From contig OZ024742.1 of assembly GCA_964016885.1 (NCBI GenBank), positions 135,780,001 to 135,844,000 on the forward strand: 64,000 bases of DNA, written 5' to 3'. The position numbers and the translations under genes were made by a program. Numbering within the stretch: position 1 is the stretch's first letter; each line of letters opens with the position of its first letter. This stretch comes from Eledone cirrhosa (taxonomy: Eukaryota). Of the stretch, positions 45,459 to 59,273 are shown piece by piece. The notes under the pieces were generated by a model. It was not told where the DNA came from. It ran no database searches and was given only the letters and a program-made list of their open reading frames with translations.

Positions 45459-46334
45459 GTGTATGTATGTGTGTATATATATATCTCTATTAATGCGTAT
45501 GTGTATGTATATACATATGCCTTTTTATTATTATTTTTATTTGTATGTCTGAGTTAGGTGAAGTTGTAGTGGGTTTTTTTTTATGTATATACGCATATAT
45601 GGATGCGTATGTATTTGTATATATGAGTATAAGTAAGTGCATATGTATGTATGATTATATATCTAATTCTATGTATGAATATACATGTATATATATGTGT
45701 GTATGTAAGTTGTGTGTGTATGTATCTATATGTCTATGTGTGTGTATATATATATATATATATATGTATATCGATGTACGTATATGTATGTACATGTATG
45801 TCTATGTATGTGTGTATGTATGTGTATGTATATTTAGGTGTATGTGTATATATGTATATATATATATATATATAGATATATGTATGTGTATATATATATA
45901 TGTATATATCTTTATTATTTATTTTTTATATATATGTGTATGTGTGTATGTGTTGCGTGTGTGTGTGTGTATATATAAATCTTTATATATGTGTATGTGT
46001 ATGTTCGTGTAGGTGTATGTGAGTGTATGACTGTATATGTATGTGTGTATGTGTGTATGCGTAAATATTTCTATGTGTGTGTACATGTATGTATGTGTAT
46101 ATATCTGTATGTGTATGTATGTGTATTTGTATGTGTATATATATATGTATATATGTATATATATATATATATGTTATATATATATATGTATATGTATATG
46201 TGTGTGTATGTGTATATATATATATATATATATATCTATATGTTTTTCTATTTGTATATGTATGTGTGTATAGGTATATACCTGTATGTGTATATATCTG
46301 TATGTGTATGTATGTGTATTTGTATGTGTATATA

Positions 46335-46365
<31 letters not shown>

Positions 46366-46401
46366 GTTATATATATATATATGTATATGTATATGTGTGT
46401 G

Positions 46402-46440
<39 letters not shown>

Positions 46441-46758
46441 TTTTCTATTTGTATATGTATGTGTGTATAGGTATATACCTTTCTCTTTGTATTTCTAAGT
46501 TGTGTGATAGTGTAGTGGTGTTTGTATGTATATACCGATATATAGATGCGTAAGTATTTGTCTGTATGTGTATATATGTAAGTCTGTATATATTTGTGTG
46601 TATATATAGCTATGTATGTGTATATCTGTATGTATATTAGTATGTAAGTGTTGTATATGTGCATGTATGTGTGTGGTTATATATATCTGTGTCTATATAG
46701 TATGTGTAATTATATGTATATGTGTGTGTATATGTACGTGTATGTACATATATGTATG

Positions 46759-46803
<45 letters not shown>

Positions 46804-47000
46804 GTATGTGTATTTGTATGTATATGTGTATATGTATGTATGTGTGTATATGTATATGTTTATATATGTGTGTATATGTATGTTCTTAGTGTGGATGTGT
46901 GTATATGTATGTATGTGTTTATATATATGTGTGTATATTTATGTATGGATATGTGTGTGTCTATGTGTATATATATGTATGTTTTTGTATATATATATAT

Positions 47001-47040
<40 letters not shown>

Positions 47041-47727
47041 ATATATGTGTATATATATATATATATATTTATTTTCTTGATATATTTCTTTTTTCTTTTT
47101 TCTTTTTTCTTTTTTCTGTTTTTCTTTCTATTCTTTCCTCTTTAATGCTTTATTTATTATATTTTATTGTTTTATTTTTTTATTTTTTCTTAGTTTATAG
47201 ATACATTTATATTAGGCAGTCTGCTCAGACAGTTGAATACTGACCCCTCCCCCCCCCCTCCCACCTAATTTCTGTATCTTGATCTAAAAATGTGTGTGCC
47301 AGTGTTTTATGTGAGTGAATTAATATCCATGTGCTTATGATTTTATATCCACATATATAAATGTGAGTGGGGGTGTGTGTGTGTTTGTATGTTCGTGGTT
47401 ATGTGTATATTTATGCATATACGCGCGTGTATGTGTGATTGTACGGATATGTGTGAGTATGAAAAAATATATTTATATACTTGACTTCATAAGTGTCAAT
47501 ACGCATCTTATCTGCGCATTGTAAGCTTACAGAGACATTAACCTTGAAATTTTGTATTTGCATCCATCCTTTTAGTATGCGTATACAAATTATACATACA
47601 TTTTTGTAAAATATGTGTAAGGGTTTTACATGTATATACACACACCGAACTGCATTTAACCCTTTGTGTTTTCATTGGTCAATTTTGAACTGAAATTTTG
47701 AATTGTTGTTATTATCAATAAATATAC

Positions 47728-47882
47728 TTCATTATTTCTGAAGACGGCGTATATATGTGTTTGGTATGTATGTTTAATCTTGATAATTTGTATAATTTTG
47801 TATAATTTTGTACATAGATCTGTTGAATATGCATACCAATTCTAACACATATATATCCTAGAAACGATCGTTAAATAATGAA
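47728..47882 (+). ncRNA. Type I hammerhead with ~116-nt stem II (mirror copy 36404-36558, minus strand)
   Basis: TTCATTATTT-CTGAAGA-[long hairpin TATATATGTGTT...AACACATATATA]-GAAAC-gatc-GTT-AAATAATGAA. Confidence 0.8.
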
Positions 47883-47927
47883 CTTTTTTTGTTTAATATA
47901 AGGAATTGTTTATTCATTATTTGTTTA

Positions 47928-47965
<38 letters not shown>

Positions 47966-47987
47966 TGTGTGTATAGACATATATATG

Positions 47988-48072
<85 letters not shown>

Positions 48073-48899
48073 ATAGCAGGGTTGAGAGTAAGCCTGAGAA
48101 GCTACTCTCTTATAAAAATGGCTTGCATCTCACATAGTTTCTGACGGCGAAGCCCAGCTTCTAACCTTTTCATGGCGGAGTTGTTTGCAATTGACGAGAA
48201 GAAAGGGCAAAGACTGGGTATCGCTACAATAAAAACAGTTTTTCCAGATAGATAGAACTCGTCAACTTCGAGTGGCAATCTCTCTAGCAAAAGTGTCACT
48301 CCTTTAAATTCAGAATTGGAGTAGGGTGAACACCTTAGTCATAATTATGACAACTCGTGTTCAGAATCTCAGAAGTCCTCCTGGTTACTATCATGACGGG
48401 CATTATGCCCAATAGGACTAAAGGTGCTTGAGCTGATGTTACGCCATTCTTCTAAGGAAAAGAAACTTTAAAGTATAGCCTGTGGCTTACGTGATTACTG
48501 GTCATCTTGTTTGTCATCAAATAATAGCGTCTGAGGCTTAGAGAGAGGGACTAGTGTTGTACATGTATTTTTCACCATAATCCATTATGTACAGATATCT
48601 ATTTTGCAATTTTCTCATCTGTTATTCAATCTCTCCAGCCAGGACTCTAAATTCCTGACACCATATAGACATTGGCGCTGTTGCTCCAACTAGCCGTGTG
48701 TTACGAGAATTTGTACCGATGAAATACAGCTATGGTTTCGCTACCCAGGGAGACTTAGTATTGTTAATGACAGTGGTGTGTGTCCCCCCCCCCCATTTCA
48801 TCTTTGTCAGTGTGTGGTTGTAGACTGGCAGGAATGTCTGCGGTGAAGGTGGAGTTCAGACGTCGAACATCAGATGAAGCAATCATCATATAAATATAT

Positions 48900-49460
<561 letters not shown>

Positions 49461-50242
49461 TCTGCCATATATGTCGGCATATAAGGCTACCGATACAGCC
49501 AATCTACCGATGCTGCCAATCTACCGCCATCATTCACATTATTATGATAAAATAATAATAATATGTGGGTGGCATGATTGCACGACAATAAAAATATGCA
49601 TATTCGCCTATTCGCCAAAAGAGAAATCCAAAACCATCATCATACACAGTAAACAAAACAACTACTGGCCTTGGGTCCTTTAAAGCTCTCCGCCAGATTG
49701 TATGGATGTTATTAAATACATTAAACTATTTCAAAATGTATTATCTGTAAACAATTGACAATTAAATATCAAATTTCATAAATTGGTATTTTTTAAAGTA
49801 ATATCAGCATTGTTTGCAATTACAACAGCTGGTCGTGTTATCATTACCGGGTAGCAGTAATTGTACAGGGTGGGTTATGGAGGAGAACGGTAAGTGTAGA
49901 TTGTGTTAAATAATTGAGAATATCTCCCCCACAGTTTTTTTCATTAGAATTTGAGTTAAAGAAAGTATACCCTTATTGAATTTGATTAATACATTCAATA
50001 TAATACATTTTAAAATACGATCTGGTGGGTTCGTCTTGTACAGCGAACCTACATTTTAACTTGAAAATGTTGGGGTCATCTCATACGCCAAGACGTTTTG
50101 TACGCCACCATATACGGGATATAGGATAGATATATATATATGTGTGTGAGTGTGTGTGTGTGCGCGCGCGCGTGTGTGTGTACGTGTGTGTAAGTTTGTT
50201 TGAAATAGAAATAGAAGCTTTCGCTGTATATATATATATATA

Positions 50243-50425
50243 TCGAAGGAAATGTGGTAAGGAACCAGGTGGACCATAACGCACCAAAGTACTCGATACT
50301 TGAGGTAGTAGAGTGGGTAATAGGAACCAGTAAGACCCCGACAGCTGAGCTCAAGCCGTTTCGACGGCTAATTCAGAATTAGCCGTCGAAACGGCTTGAG
50401 CTCAGCTGTCGGGGTCTTACTGGTT

Positions 50426-50429
<4 letters not shown>
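50243..50429 (-). mobile_element. Family A copy with perfect palindrome (50321-50429, 54-bp arms)
   Basis: Centre GCTAATTC-a-GAATTAGC. Tail at 50243-50320. Confidence 0.9.
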
Positions 50430-50468
<39 letters not shown>

Positions 50469-50513
50469 TTATGAAAATAAAACAAAGAAGCCTTCAATAC
50501 ATCAAAAGTCTTT

Positions 50514-50558
50514 ATTAGCCAACAATGTTTCGTCCTATTACGGACTCATCAGGGCAAT
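50514..50558 (-). ncRNA. Canonical-core type I hammerhead
   Basis: ATTGCC-CTGATGA-GTCC-gtaata-GGAC-GAAAC-att-GTT-GGC; lies near the 3' end of a minus-strand AT-rich PLE-type segment (~50462-51185). Confidence 0.85.
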
Positions 50559-51185
50559 TAAAACTACAAGAAGCACTATCGGCCAATACAAGCCGAAAAC
50601 TCCGAAGAATATGGAGTGTACATACACTAAAGTATTGGAAGATTATGGGTAAAAATATATAATAAAAATCACTAAGGAGGTGGATAACATTTTTAACCAT
50701 ATTACAAATATAGTCCAAAGCAAAAAACTAGAGCTAAACAAAGGTGGTTATATAGAGCGGGAATTATGGTACTATATGTAATACAATCTAATATAATATA
50801 ATATACTTGTAACCATATTAAAATTAAAATTAAAATTAAAAGGCACAATATACATATGTATATATATATACACACACGTACGCACATATACATATACATC
50901 AATACACATTTCCATCATTAACAGCACAAATTAAACCTTATTAAGAGTTCAAATATAAATAAGCATAATAGGAATAAAAATAAAAATACAAAATAATACG
51001 TATATATAATATACAGTATAACATGAAGTAATGAAATTATTAAAAGTAAAACATATAATATATAATAAACTATATAATTATATAATATATAATATAATAT
51101 AATAGATAATCTCCGGTTAATTTACACAAACAATATAGATGTCACAATAACACTATAATAATAATATAATAATATATAATGTCAT

Positions 51186-51512
51186 GTAAGTTAACAAATC
51201 AATTCATATTTGGAACTCTATATGAATTGGAACTCTATATGAATTGATTTGTTAACTTACCAAGGATAAGTTAAACCGTTAAGGCATATTCTCCTTGGAT
51301 ATGTCAAAATTTATAAAACACAATTCGTATTTTATCTGATGACAGCGTACCCAAATTTTGGTACCCTTGAAATATATATAATAGAATAAATATAGTTTCC
51401 ATTTACTTAATATCATTGTATATTATACTCCAGAAAACCTGTAGAATGCTCAGAATCAGTTATAAACATTTATATTTGTTGAATGACCAACAAATTGAAT
51501 ATCCCTTCTGCT
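51186..51512 (+). mobile_element. PLE 3' end (family of 61370-61850) with junction hairpin, HHR and tail
   Basis: Inverted repeat at 51186-51260 with a 17-bp tandem duplication. HHR at 51328-51388: TATTTTAT-CTGATGA...GTACC/GGTAC...GAAA-TATATATA-ATAGAATA. Tail stem at 51427-51447. Confidence 0.8.
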
Positions 51513-51527
51513 TATATATATATATAC

Positions 51528-51574
<47 letters not shown>

Positions 51575-51609
51575 CGGTTTTCACGTCCAGCAGTCGCATA
51601 TTTGGGAGG

Positions 51610-51655
51610 GATCGTTCTGATGCGGACCAGTTAAGTCCGAAATGCATCAAAGATT
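51610..51655 (+). ncRNA. Degenerate hammerhead-like motif
   Basis: CTGATGC-GGAC-cagttaa-GTCC-GAAA-tgc-ATC. Confidence 0.5.
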
Positions 51656-51884
51656 GTCCCCCGTGCTTCTGCTGGACACCATCAGATGACATTAGCCCCG
51701 GTGTTGTTTTGCATAGTTACGACATTCTAAACAGTTATCTGTAAACATACCTACCGTGTTTCTTTAGAAATACGAAATTTCTATACATATCTGTGCCTGA
51801 AGCTAAATCATAATTATATATATATATTTGTGTGTGTGTGTGTGTATGTATGTATATGAAGTACATATATATATATATATATAT

Positions 51885-51964
<80 letters not shown>

Positions 51965-52218
51965 GGAGAGAGAGAGAGTTAGAAAGAAAAAAGAGAGAGC
52001 GAGTGGAGAGGGAGCTGGAGACACGTAGACAATATTAAAGATACTTGATGGATAACTTATTAAAAATCAAAGATGAAATCTAATATGCTATTTCTTTATC
52101 ATTTTTATATATAGTAAGAAAAGGAGAGGCCAAATAAATGTAAATTTAAGTGTGTTCTTCATAGAAGAAGAGACATATCGATCGACATCCACATATTCAA
52201 AACAAACATATATACATA

Positions 52219-52250
<32 letters not shown>

Positions 52251-52252
52251 GC

Positions 52253-52484
<232 letters not shown>

Positions 52485-52574
52485 GCGCGAACGTGTTTGT
52501 ATGTGTAATATATATGCATGTATGTTTGTGTGGGGAAAGGCAAAAAAGGGAAAGAGCTGGAGATACATTACAGA

Positions 52575-52649
<75 letters not shown>

Positions 52650-53390
52650 CGTGAGGGCATATACAAAGACAGAGAGAAAACGAAAGAGAAGAGTTGAGTG
52701 GTTGAATCAACAATATGATTCTAATTCCAGATGTGTTTGTTTATTTCCTGAAAACCTGACATCAGCTTGCGAAGTTGCGTTTATATGGATTCTACATATA
52801 AAAGAAGCGGATGATGGCTGTTTAAGCGGTGCAATTCCCTTGTTGGTCATTGACTTTGAAAATATACACTAGGATATTTATTTTCACATATGTTTCTTTT
52901 AATTTTTACATATGTTACGTATTTTTTACCTTTCTACTTTTATTTTATATTTATTTTCCTTCCAAATAATCTAGCGTGGGTTGATTTCAATATGACCCAA
53001 AAAGTAACGAGTTTCCACAAATGTATCTCTTAGACAGATATTAAAACTTTGACATTTGTCTAATGTTTTCCTTGATCAAATTATATAAGTAAATAAATAC
53101 ATAGATCATAATAATAATATTCTTAAAGATATTAAACACCGTATTTCCGTGAATATTTTCATACAATAATGTGTTTGTATGTTTCATTGTTTGTGTGCGT
53201 GTTTGTGTATGTGCATGTGTTAATATATAGTTAAATAGCGATAATGCGTCGATTATTCCCCTTTGATTTTGCTGAAGCTAGGTATGTGACTACCTTAAAT
53301 TCATAGCGAAAGGCCTTCAAAATGTTTTAAAATAAACATACAGTGTATTATTAAATATATAACACCTACATTCATATATATATATATATA

Positions 53391-53565
53391 AAGGTAGATC
53401 AACAGAAGGTAATATCCGTAGTAGTAGAACCATGGGACGAGTTTCGTAGAAGTAATAACACAAGTAGTAACACGGATCTTCAGCTCGGACTCGGAGTTCG
53501 AGCTGAAGATCCGCATAAGGTGAAACAATTGTTCTCGGTTTGGTGAACTAACTGTTGTGTTACTA

Positions 53566-53568
<3 letters not shown>
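53391..53568. mobile_element. PLE-type inverted insertion with HHR (53498-53538, plus strand)
   Basis: TCGAG-CTGAAGA-TCC-gcataa-GGT-GAAAC-aatt-GTT-CTCGG. Inverted CGGATCTTCAGCTCG and AAGTAGTAACAC/GTGTTACTACTT. Confidence 0.75.
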
Positions 53569-53626
<58 letters not shown>

Positions 53627-54500
53627 TTCCAGTTGCTTTGGTGCCTTACCCGAGACCCAGGCTACTCGGTACATACGAGTTAGCCATTGAATACCTTCTC
53701 TATTTAAGAGTTTTAACATCTCGGACAAACATTCATTTTCTCCAGATGTCTTGCCATATTTAAGCACTTCAATTGCTCTTCTGGCTTCAGCCTTCAAGGG
53801 TTTATTCCTCGCCCCTGCATCCACCTAATGTACAACAGAATTTGTTGTTGTGTCTGGATTTAAGAGACTAGCAAAATGTTCTCGCCATCCTACGAGGGTG
53901 CATCTCTCGTCAAGAAGAACTAGAGAATAGTTCGTGATAGCAGGTGTGGGAAGTTGATTTCATATTACGAAATTGACGTATTGTCTGTCAGAAAACTTTA
54001 TTTGCTGATGTGAAGAAGGACTCCAGCTTAATCACAAACTCCTCCCATCTTTTAACCTTGGATGTCTTTACTGACTCCGCTGAGACCTTTCGCGCCTGTT
54101 TGTACCACAATGAAAAAAGGAAGGCTTATTTCTGAGTCAAACATTATAAGACATTTCTTTTTGCTAAGATGGCAACATTAAACTTCTGATTGAGTCAGGA
54201 AGGCCTCATGCCTCTTGGCGCCATACCAAACCGCTTTCGTTTGCAGGATTTAACGGCTGAAGTATAAATAACCGAACTGAACAGTCACTACTCCGGCCCT
54301 ACGTCCTAGATTTGTTCAGGGAGTTTTCTGAACTTGTATGCAATAGAAGAGGCATACATCATCCGGATGTAGTAATCAGCCCACAGTTTCCCTTTTGTCC
54401 TGTAGGTCAAGCAGGACATGCCAGGTTTTCGGTTTTCTTGACTCATATAATTCGATTATCAATTAACAATTCATTCTTTGGTTTTACATGAACATCCAGG
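53627..54500 (-). pseudogene. RTE-clade (Expander/Rex3-like) LINE fragment upstream of RT
   Basis: AEARRAIEVLKYGKTSGENECLSEMLK...EGIQWLTRMYRVAWVSGKAP. Confidence 0.7.
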
Positions 54501-54814
54501 TCAGAAATGTAGAGATCAGAAACTAGGATTTTCAAAAAGATGGAAATAAATAAAACTATTTTAGATGAATCTCCTTATTAATCCTCTCCAGTAAAGTCTG
54601 TGCTATGTGTCTGACAATGAGATTTCGGCATATTGTCACGTCCAAGGTAGCTGATGAACAGCATGGTGTTTGCCCTGAACGGAGCAAAGCCGACTAAAAA
54701 GTTCACTATACAGTAGGGTTTTGAGAAATCGCGAGAGGATTATCAAATATGCTTAATTCGTGGAACTCAAAAAGCCATACAACTGTGTTTTATTATAATT
54801 TTCGCCGTATTTTA

Positions 54815-55544
54815 TCTATATATCTAAAACAGATAATGTCTGTCTGTCTGCGAAAAACCGCATATTTTAGGCTTTAAAGGCTTTTTTTAGGCCTAACGGA
54901 ATAATAATCCAGACGATTTCTTCAAAATTTGCATTAATTATGTCGCTTAAAGTGTTTTGAGCAAAAAAGATTTTCTCAATTTTTGCCCCAGGGACCGCAT
55001 TAGGCGAAAAACCGATTTTTAAAAGCATTTTGGTTGCGTTAGGGCCTGTAACTCGAGAAGTACCCGATTTTTTTTAAACTTTGCATATGCATTACTTATG
55101 TTTCACAAATTGTTTTGACTGAAAAATATTTCAAATTTTTGCCTGGGGACCGCATTGTTTAGCATTTTGGTTGCGTTATGGCCTGTAACCTTAAATTGTC
55201 CAACTAAATTCCTTCATGCTCTCCACCACTTCAGTCCCACATGCTCACTGCTCTGTGTCTATTGCTTTCATTGTACCATAGCTCAACAAATACACGTTCG
55301 GTTTGTCGAATGCCTTTTTACTTAACCATATCGTCTTGGCTTTCGTGGGTTGAACATTTTACTTTCAGGGACCCAATTAAGTTAAACCCCTGGTAATCTA
55401 CGACGAATTATTTTTATAAGCACAAAATGAAGACACCATCCCCAGGCCGAGGTATTCCGTACTTCTCTGTACTGTATCAGAAAGGAGGGATACACATGCC
55501 AATCTATATTTAGAATCCCGAGCAACGCCTGGCCATTCTGCTAG
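54815..55544 (+). mobile_element. Non-autonomous Helitron, complete termini
   Basis: a|TCTATATATCTAAAA...(GTCT)n start and CCCGAGCAACGCCTGG...CTAG|t end. Internal tandem duplication. Confidence 0.85.
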
Positions 55545-55809
55545 TTTTTACTAAATAAATTGTTTCATAACATGGCGTACGAGACACTAAAACGAAAAAT
55601 ATCATTATACATGGCAATCGAACAGACAATTCTCATTTTCCTCTGTATGCTGATGACCACTTTCTTTTTCTTTTTTTCTGCGTTCTAGGGTATTATATGC
55701 ACTGTTATTATTAGACTATTTTCAGTAGTGAATAAAATTTCGGCGAAAATTACTACTTCCATTCAATTTTCATGTATATATCTATGTATATATATATATG
55801 TATATATAC

Positions 55810-55992
55810 AAAAAGTAAAAAGAAATAACAAAGCAAGCGACAGTACAATAATGAAGAAATATATTAGTTTAACGCTTGGTATAGTAGGAAAAGAGCCTTA
55901 GTCTTTTGGACACTAGTCCTTCATCAGAAGATAGAATGAGAAATAAAAGATTAAATGGAAAGATATTGATTGAGGAGAGGAAGGAACGGAAT
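55810..55992 (-). mobile_element. Family B PLE-type end with HHR (55896-55931)
   Basis: TCTT-CTGATGA-a-GGAC-tagt-GTCC-aAAA. 55937-55992 is repeated inverted at 56832-56888. Confidence 0.65.
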
Positions 55993-56007
55993 ATATATAT
56001 ATATATA

Positions 56008-56810
56008 TAACAAAGGAAATGTGGTAAGGAACCAGGTGGACCATAACGCACCAAAGTACTCAATACTTGATGTAGTAGAGTGGGTAATAGGAACCAGTAA
56101 GACCCCGACAGCTGAGCTCAAGCCGTTTCGACGGCTAATTCTGGACTAAATGAAAATTTATCCTGGTATTTAAATAGCCAATCTTCTCAAGGGGTAATTC
56201 CATATATGGTCAAAGTGATTGTCAAAAATCAGTAGTAATTCTGTGGTTGCAAATTAGTAGGGGAGATGGTGGCTAAACCTGCCAGTAGGAGAAAGAGGGG
56301 AGGGGGTGGAGTAGACCCAATCAAGCGTTGGTAGTGCCAGCTACAGCTGGGCATGAGGTCAAAGAAGATACAGGGGAGGGGGAGGGGGAGGAAGTCGGAA
56401 CGGTAGGTAGAACAATGGGGGGTAGAAATATATAGGGAAGAAAAAATACTGAGTGAAGAAAAGCAAATAAGTGTAAAGAAAAAAGTAAAGTAAATTAAAT
56501 TCTACGACCTAGGTCTCTAGCTATTGTTAGGCTAGAATAAATAAATAAATAAAGAAAGAAAGAAAGAAGTAAAGAAAGAAATAAAGAAATAACGAAATAA
56601 GTAAAAGAACTAGGTGGGATGGAATAGGCAAGGACCCTTTTAAGAGGTATAAGTACGTAAATGATACGGTGACGGGTCAACAAAGGGGCCAAAATACTAA
56701 AGAGACTACCACGAAATAAACAATAAAGGTTTCCATCCCGGGCACAATGCCAGCAACCACCCAGTGCAGCAAAGTGAACTTGTACGAGATAATAATTCTG
56801 AGTTCCGAGA
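56008..56810 (-). mobile_element. Longest family A copy, without fold-back
   Basis: Tail and HHR 3' half match the 50243 copy, then continue through the 5' half of the ribozyme into a pyrimidine-rich body. Confidence 0.8.
56102..56195 (-). ncRNA. Type I hammerhead with U3-A8 variant core
   Basis: ACCCC-TTGAGAA-GATTGGCTA...TAGCCGTC-GAAA-CGGCT-tgagctc-AGCTG-TC-GGGGT. Confidence 0.75.
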
Positions 56811-56952
56811 AAATATATATATATATATATATTCCGTTCCTTCCTCTCCTCAATCAATATCTTTCCATTTCATCTTTTATTTCTCATATGCCCCAAGGCT
56901 CTGATACCATCAACACTATAAACACAGATCTGGCCTATCTAAGAATTGACTA

Positions 56953-57008
56953 ACTGCCTGATGAGGTCATAGCCATTCAATGGCTATCATCGAAATATAT
57001 ATAGCAGT
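56953..57008 (+). ncRNA. Type I hammerhead ribozyme, relative of 34053-34107
   Basis: ACTGC-CTGATGA-GGTCATAGCCATT-c-AATGGCTATCATC-GAAA-TATAT-ATA-GCAGT; stem II varies compensatorily relative to the 34-kb copy. Confidence 0.88.
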
Positions 57009-57053
57009 AAATAAAGGATTATGAGTTCATGCAATTGATTTATGTTTCGTCAC

Positions 57054-57142
<89 letters not shown>

Positions 57143-58351
57143 AGAGGGGGGGGGTTAAGCTGTTCGCTCCAACATAGCTGTATACATATAAGCATGTGTA
57201 TTTTGTATATCTAATGATATACGGTATGTTTACGAATAAACATTTGAAATCCTTTAGATATGAATTTTGGAAGCTGGTGGTGGAGTGCCATCTAGCGAGT
57301 TCCAGCAGAACCAAGGTGTGGTGGGGGAGTATTACTGACGGCCATTTCTGACAGATGGTTGTTATCGAGACCACGCTCCCCTTACCTCGCTTTGTGCTGG
57401 AATTCAGTATAGTCGAACGTATATAGTTTTGACGTTGATGAACATGGCGGGATTAGCTACATTTGAATACGGAGCTGTAATTCGGCTCGGCCTGAATAAG
57501 AAATAGAATTAAGGTGTTCGCTCCAACATGAGGGTTTTTGTGTGATGACCTTCCTCAAAGATTCCGTCTGCCGAATAGTCATCACAGCAAACTTGCAAAT
57601 TTGAGGTAATTGCCTTCATCGGAAAGCTATTTACATGCAAAGTCATGCGTTTTTATTGTTTTGTGTTCTTAGTTTTTTTCAAATTATACAACACATTTTC
57701 GATAGATTTATCTTAAGGAAATACACAAATGAATAAGTAAAGTTTTGTGTTCTAATGATATGTAGAATCTTCAGAATTTCAGACGAGTCCCATTTACGTT
57801 GCTTTCGGATTTCTTTGCCTAAAAGTGAAACGAATGAGGAGTTTAAAGAAAGGGTCGGGCTGCATGATCTAAGGAATACCATCACTGAACAACGTTGAAG
57901 GATGGTTAGTCACCTGCTATGTTTGTCCACGAAGAGACCATTGAAGGTTTCACTTGAATTTAAGTCAGGAGTGGGACGTAGTAGGTAAATCAAACACATC
58001 AAGTACTGGTTGAGGTCTGTGGAAGAAATACCTAGCAGATGCTATCAAAGCCTGGCCGTAATTTCGTGACAGTGGGAAACGGAGATCCCACGTCACCTAA
58101 TGCTGTACAAAGAGCAAAAAGATATAAAAAAAGGACATTTTGCGCAATAAATATGTCTACTTCCAGGAGCTAATTCTTTAATGAGATCGTAAAGTTTTAT
58201 GAATTCTATGTGTATTTCTGGATTGTAAAAATATATATAGCTTCATTTATAAAGCTATAAATGGCGACATTTCTCATAATAAATTCGATTGCTTATACGA
58301 CATCAAATATTTAAGTACAGTTTTATTAATGGCTTTGGTGAAAACTATATA

Positions 58352-58399
<48 letters not shown>

Positions 58400-58479
58400 A
58401 TATACGCATAGATATATATATATATTTATATATACATACATGATTGTTTATTTTTGTGCATATAAATTTGGTTATTTTT

Positions 58480-58510
58480 GTAGTAGTAGTAGTATTAGTA
58501 GTAGTAGTAT

Positions 58511-58570
<60 letters not shown>

Positions 58571-58601
58571 CAGCAGCAGCAGCAGCAACAACAGCAGCAG
58601 C
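58480..58601. repeat. (TAG)n(CAG)n microsatellite
   Basis: Direct reading of the sequence. Confidence 0.9.
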
Positions 58602-58922
58602 TTTAACGGTAGTAGTAGACTTCATTTGCCATATTCCACTGTATTATCTGGTGCTGTAACCTTCGTTTTGAACAAACTATCTTCAGTCGTCATTATTGCT
58701 CTCGATGGTGGTTATATAACTGTTGCTGCTCTTTTGCGGGTTGTTTTGCTATATATTTCTATTGTGTTTACAACTTAGTCTTTGGCTGCTTCTGTATCCA
58801 CTTACAAATGTGCTGGAATATGCGTGCGTTAGATTGGTGAGTGATAAGGTCGTTAAACCGTGTTTGCAACTGTATTTCTGCTTGTAACTTATGAGGTATA
58901 GTGGATATTATTCTCTATGTAT

Positions 58923-58996
<74 letters not shown>

Positions 58997-58999
<3 letters not shown>

Positions 59000-59123
59000 G
59001 AAGGAAGTGTGGTAAGGAACCAGGTGGACCATAACGCACCAGAGTACTCGATACTTAGTGTAGTAGAGTGGGTAATAGGAAAAGAGTCAGGACCCCCGAC
59101 GACTGAGCTCCGGCCGTTTCGAC
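58997..59123 (-). mobile_element. Family A copy truncated at the base of HHR stem II
   Basis: Tail through CCGTTTCGAC, then microsatellite. Confidence 0.85.
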
Positions 59124-59124
59124 C

Positions 59125-59180
<56 letters not shown>

Positions 59181-59181
59181 T

Positions 59182-59273
<92 letters not shown>

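Larger units (their letters stand above)
36216..47936. mobile_element. Penelope-like retroelement, head-to-head inverted insertion (arms 36350-41663 and 42627-47936; tail 36216-36349)
   Basis: Near-identical 5.3-kb inverted arms with a central RT/GIY-YIG ORF and terminal HHRs. (TA)n on both flanks. 14-bp tandem duplication TTTAGCAATATTAT at the junction (41650-41677). Confidence 0.92.

Noticed and set aside
53391-53461. Tail of the 53.4-kb inverted element
   Set aside because: No clean RCTC...TH-GAGY motif. It is an exception or a decayed copy, so the rule is not universal in this window.
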